Shown here one piece after another: positions 61,731 to 64,000 of a stretch of DNA of 64,000 bases; within the stretch, counting starts at the first letter, position 1; every line of letters starts with the position of its first letter. Made by a program: the position numbers and the translations under genes. The DNA comes from Haliotis cracherodii. Lineage: Eukaryota. The DNA lies in contig NW_027266308.1 of assembly GCF_022045235.1 (NCBI RefSeq), positions 57,598,001-57,662,000 of the forward strand. The letters run 5' to 3'. A model generated the notes under the pieces. The model made no database searches. It was given only the letters and a program-made list of their open reading frames with translations, and was not told the DNA's origin.

Positions 61731-63699
61731 ATACACAAACAATCAATGAATTCAAGTACATCATGACTGTATGATAAACGAATCCATAAGAATGACAGAA
61801 ATAACGGTCCATGGACACTAATCGACCTTCCTTGATAGTGTTAAAATCAGGAATGACACCCTACGTGTGTGGCGCTACTGCGCGCGTAACATGCAAACTG
61901 TAGGATATGTTTTAGTGTGAAGTTTTAAAGGCATTCTAAACGTTCTTGCAAAGGATGTTTGTCGTCAACACTAATTTTTATTCTAATACTTGGTATTAAC
62001 ATTTATATTTCATAATCCCATTCTTTTTTCAGAGTACGTCTTCAAACCATATAACCACGCCGTACATAAGACTTAAAAATATCTGCAAGAAACAGTTACC
62101 AGAAAGTAATAATCTCATTTTACACTGACCTTTACTGTGATCATGGCCTGATATGTCACTCAAGACCTTTGCCCTAAGGATGTCTTATGATTCACTGACC
62201 TATATAAGATGCTGCCAAACGAATAAACACATTATTATTTGTTAAAAAATTATATATATGAGACAGAGCTTGTCATTTGATAGCAACGTTAGCTAAAATA
62301 TTTTCAATACAATGTCATACAACCGAGCTGCAAAGCCTGGCCACCCGATCCAGCACACACGGTCAGCGATCTGACCCACTCAGCCTCCGAGGCTTCCACA
62401 AAAATGGAAGTCCGACAACTGGTGGTCTAGATCACGTACTTTGTGTACCCCTCTGACAAGTGTAAATTGGCATGGCTCCCATGGATGAAAGCTATGAATA
62501 CACAATTCAATTTAGAAAGTGGTCAAATGTAACAAATGTTATATTTGAGATTCTAGTACTGTTTTGGGTTGAGTCCAAGAGGGGGCTCGAACCTATACTG
62601 CCAGAGTGAGGCACCTAATCGCCAGCACACAAATTCAGTGATCTAACCTACTCAGCCACCGATGCAAGCGAATTTATTCATGTTACTGGAAGTATCTCTT
62701 CACCAAAGCTTTGATAAAATATTGATAAAATATTTTGGATTAATGCTATTAAAATGGGTTACCTTTATCATATCAAAGGTTATTCTGTAATTAATAATTC
62801 CTGTTTTCTCATATCCAAACAATTCTTGAAATACATACATATGTTCACATATATGTTTTCTATTTTTTTTAAATTTTGATGACCTTATACATGTACTTGT
62901 ATAAAAAGCTCATTCAACTTCAACTGGCCTTGTTGGGGAATACAGGTGTTCATAGTTTGGTGAATACCTTATCATAAACTATCAAGTTATTGAAGCTATA
63001 AGCATTAAGCATTCTAATTTCATAAGTATTGACCTTGACCTTCAAAATCAACCAATCATATGCAAGAATAAACACTTTATACTATAAACGGGTGCTTAAG
63101 AAATGAACAGTACGCTTAGTAGACAAAAACTGAATATTCAAAAGATTGCAAAGACCTTATTTCTGATAAGTGCTGTGTCGACAGTTTTTTCTTCCAAAAT
63201 GATAAAAACAACTTCACTGTAAAGAACGATCTTATGAACAACCTCTCAAATTCTAAAACTTTACGTCAAAGGGTTTCTGAGATTAGACTGAAGCGAAGGT
63301 TGTTGTTTTTCGCTAAATTAAACCGCCGCGTTTGTCACTTCGAATGTTTCATTTGATAAATTTACTTAGTTGTAGACACGGACGTGTAGAACATGCTATG
63401 TGAAAATGATATTGATATGTTAAATAGAGTTGGAAATAATATTGTAAGTTTCAGTGGTAACGGACAGATGGACTGACGGTCAGGTTGATGGACGAAGACC
63501 CAAACACCCTGACATTTTCAATGTGAGCTAAAACCTCAGGGACTACAGTGAAACCTCAATAACATTTGTGTTCCTGTTTATCATCCAGTTAACACAGTTC
63601 GGTATCAACGCATCATGGAGTAATATCACTTTGTTGTGGAAGCACTTCTAGCAGCAATCGTCCGAATTACGGAGATTCCAGATTAAAGGGGTCCGAACT

Positions 63700-64000
63700 A
63701 ACGAGGGTTCAGTTCATGGAATGAACCAGGCGTCAAACAAAGTCCTGTGGAATATCTGTCCATATCTGCTTGAGCATGTTTCGAAGTTCCTGGAGTGTCT
63801 GTGGAACACGTGATTGACGTCGAAGGCGCCGATCCATCTCATCCCACATGTGCTCGATTGGTGAGATATCATGGGAGCGAGCCGGCCAGGGGATGACATT
63901 CACGCTGTTTTGTTGAAGAGAATCCCAAACAAGTCGATCAATATGAGGCCGGGCGTTGTCATGTTGAAAGGTAATGCCTGGGTAATGACGACGCAAAAAC
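63700..64000 (-). pseudogene. Tc1/mariner (DD34E) transposase, C-terminal relic; continues beyond the right edge
   Basis: FQHDNARPH...WPARSHDISPIEHMWD with 34 residues between D and E; premature stop near 63733. Confidence 0.88.

Overview
Invertebrate eukaryotic genomic DNA, rich in introns and SINEs. The repeat families look molluscan, probably gastropod (abalone-like); that is an inference from recall, not a search. From left to right: (1) the 5' part of a DIRS1-type tyrosine-recombinase retrotransposon (gag, RT, damaged RNase H, start of the methyltransferase-like domain; minus strand) and a 26-bp minisatellite, both inside an intron of BTBD9; (2) BTBD9 on the minus strand, with six coding exons visible and the 3' end outside the window; (3) a 28.6-kb head-to-tail array (13104-41746) of 11 near-identical copies of a three-exon gene I do not recognise. 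The ORF track shows only its last exon. The spliced protein is 195-196 aa, ends in two basic helix + KN[KQ]VxP modules, and each copy sits behind two or three perfect CRE palindromes (TGACGTCA); (4) a complete nine-exon APMAP gene (413 aa, plus strand), head-to-head with the last array copy, whose exon-4 splice donor is multiplied 11 times by a 68-bp minisatellite; (5) a repeat-rich tail with SINEs, MITEs and Tc1/mariner relics. The amplified CRE-fronted orphan gene array is the main candidate for an undescribed system.
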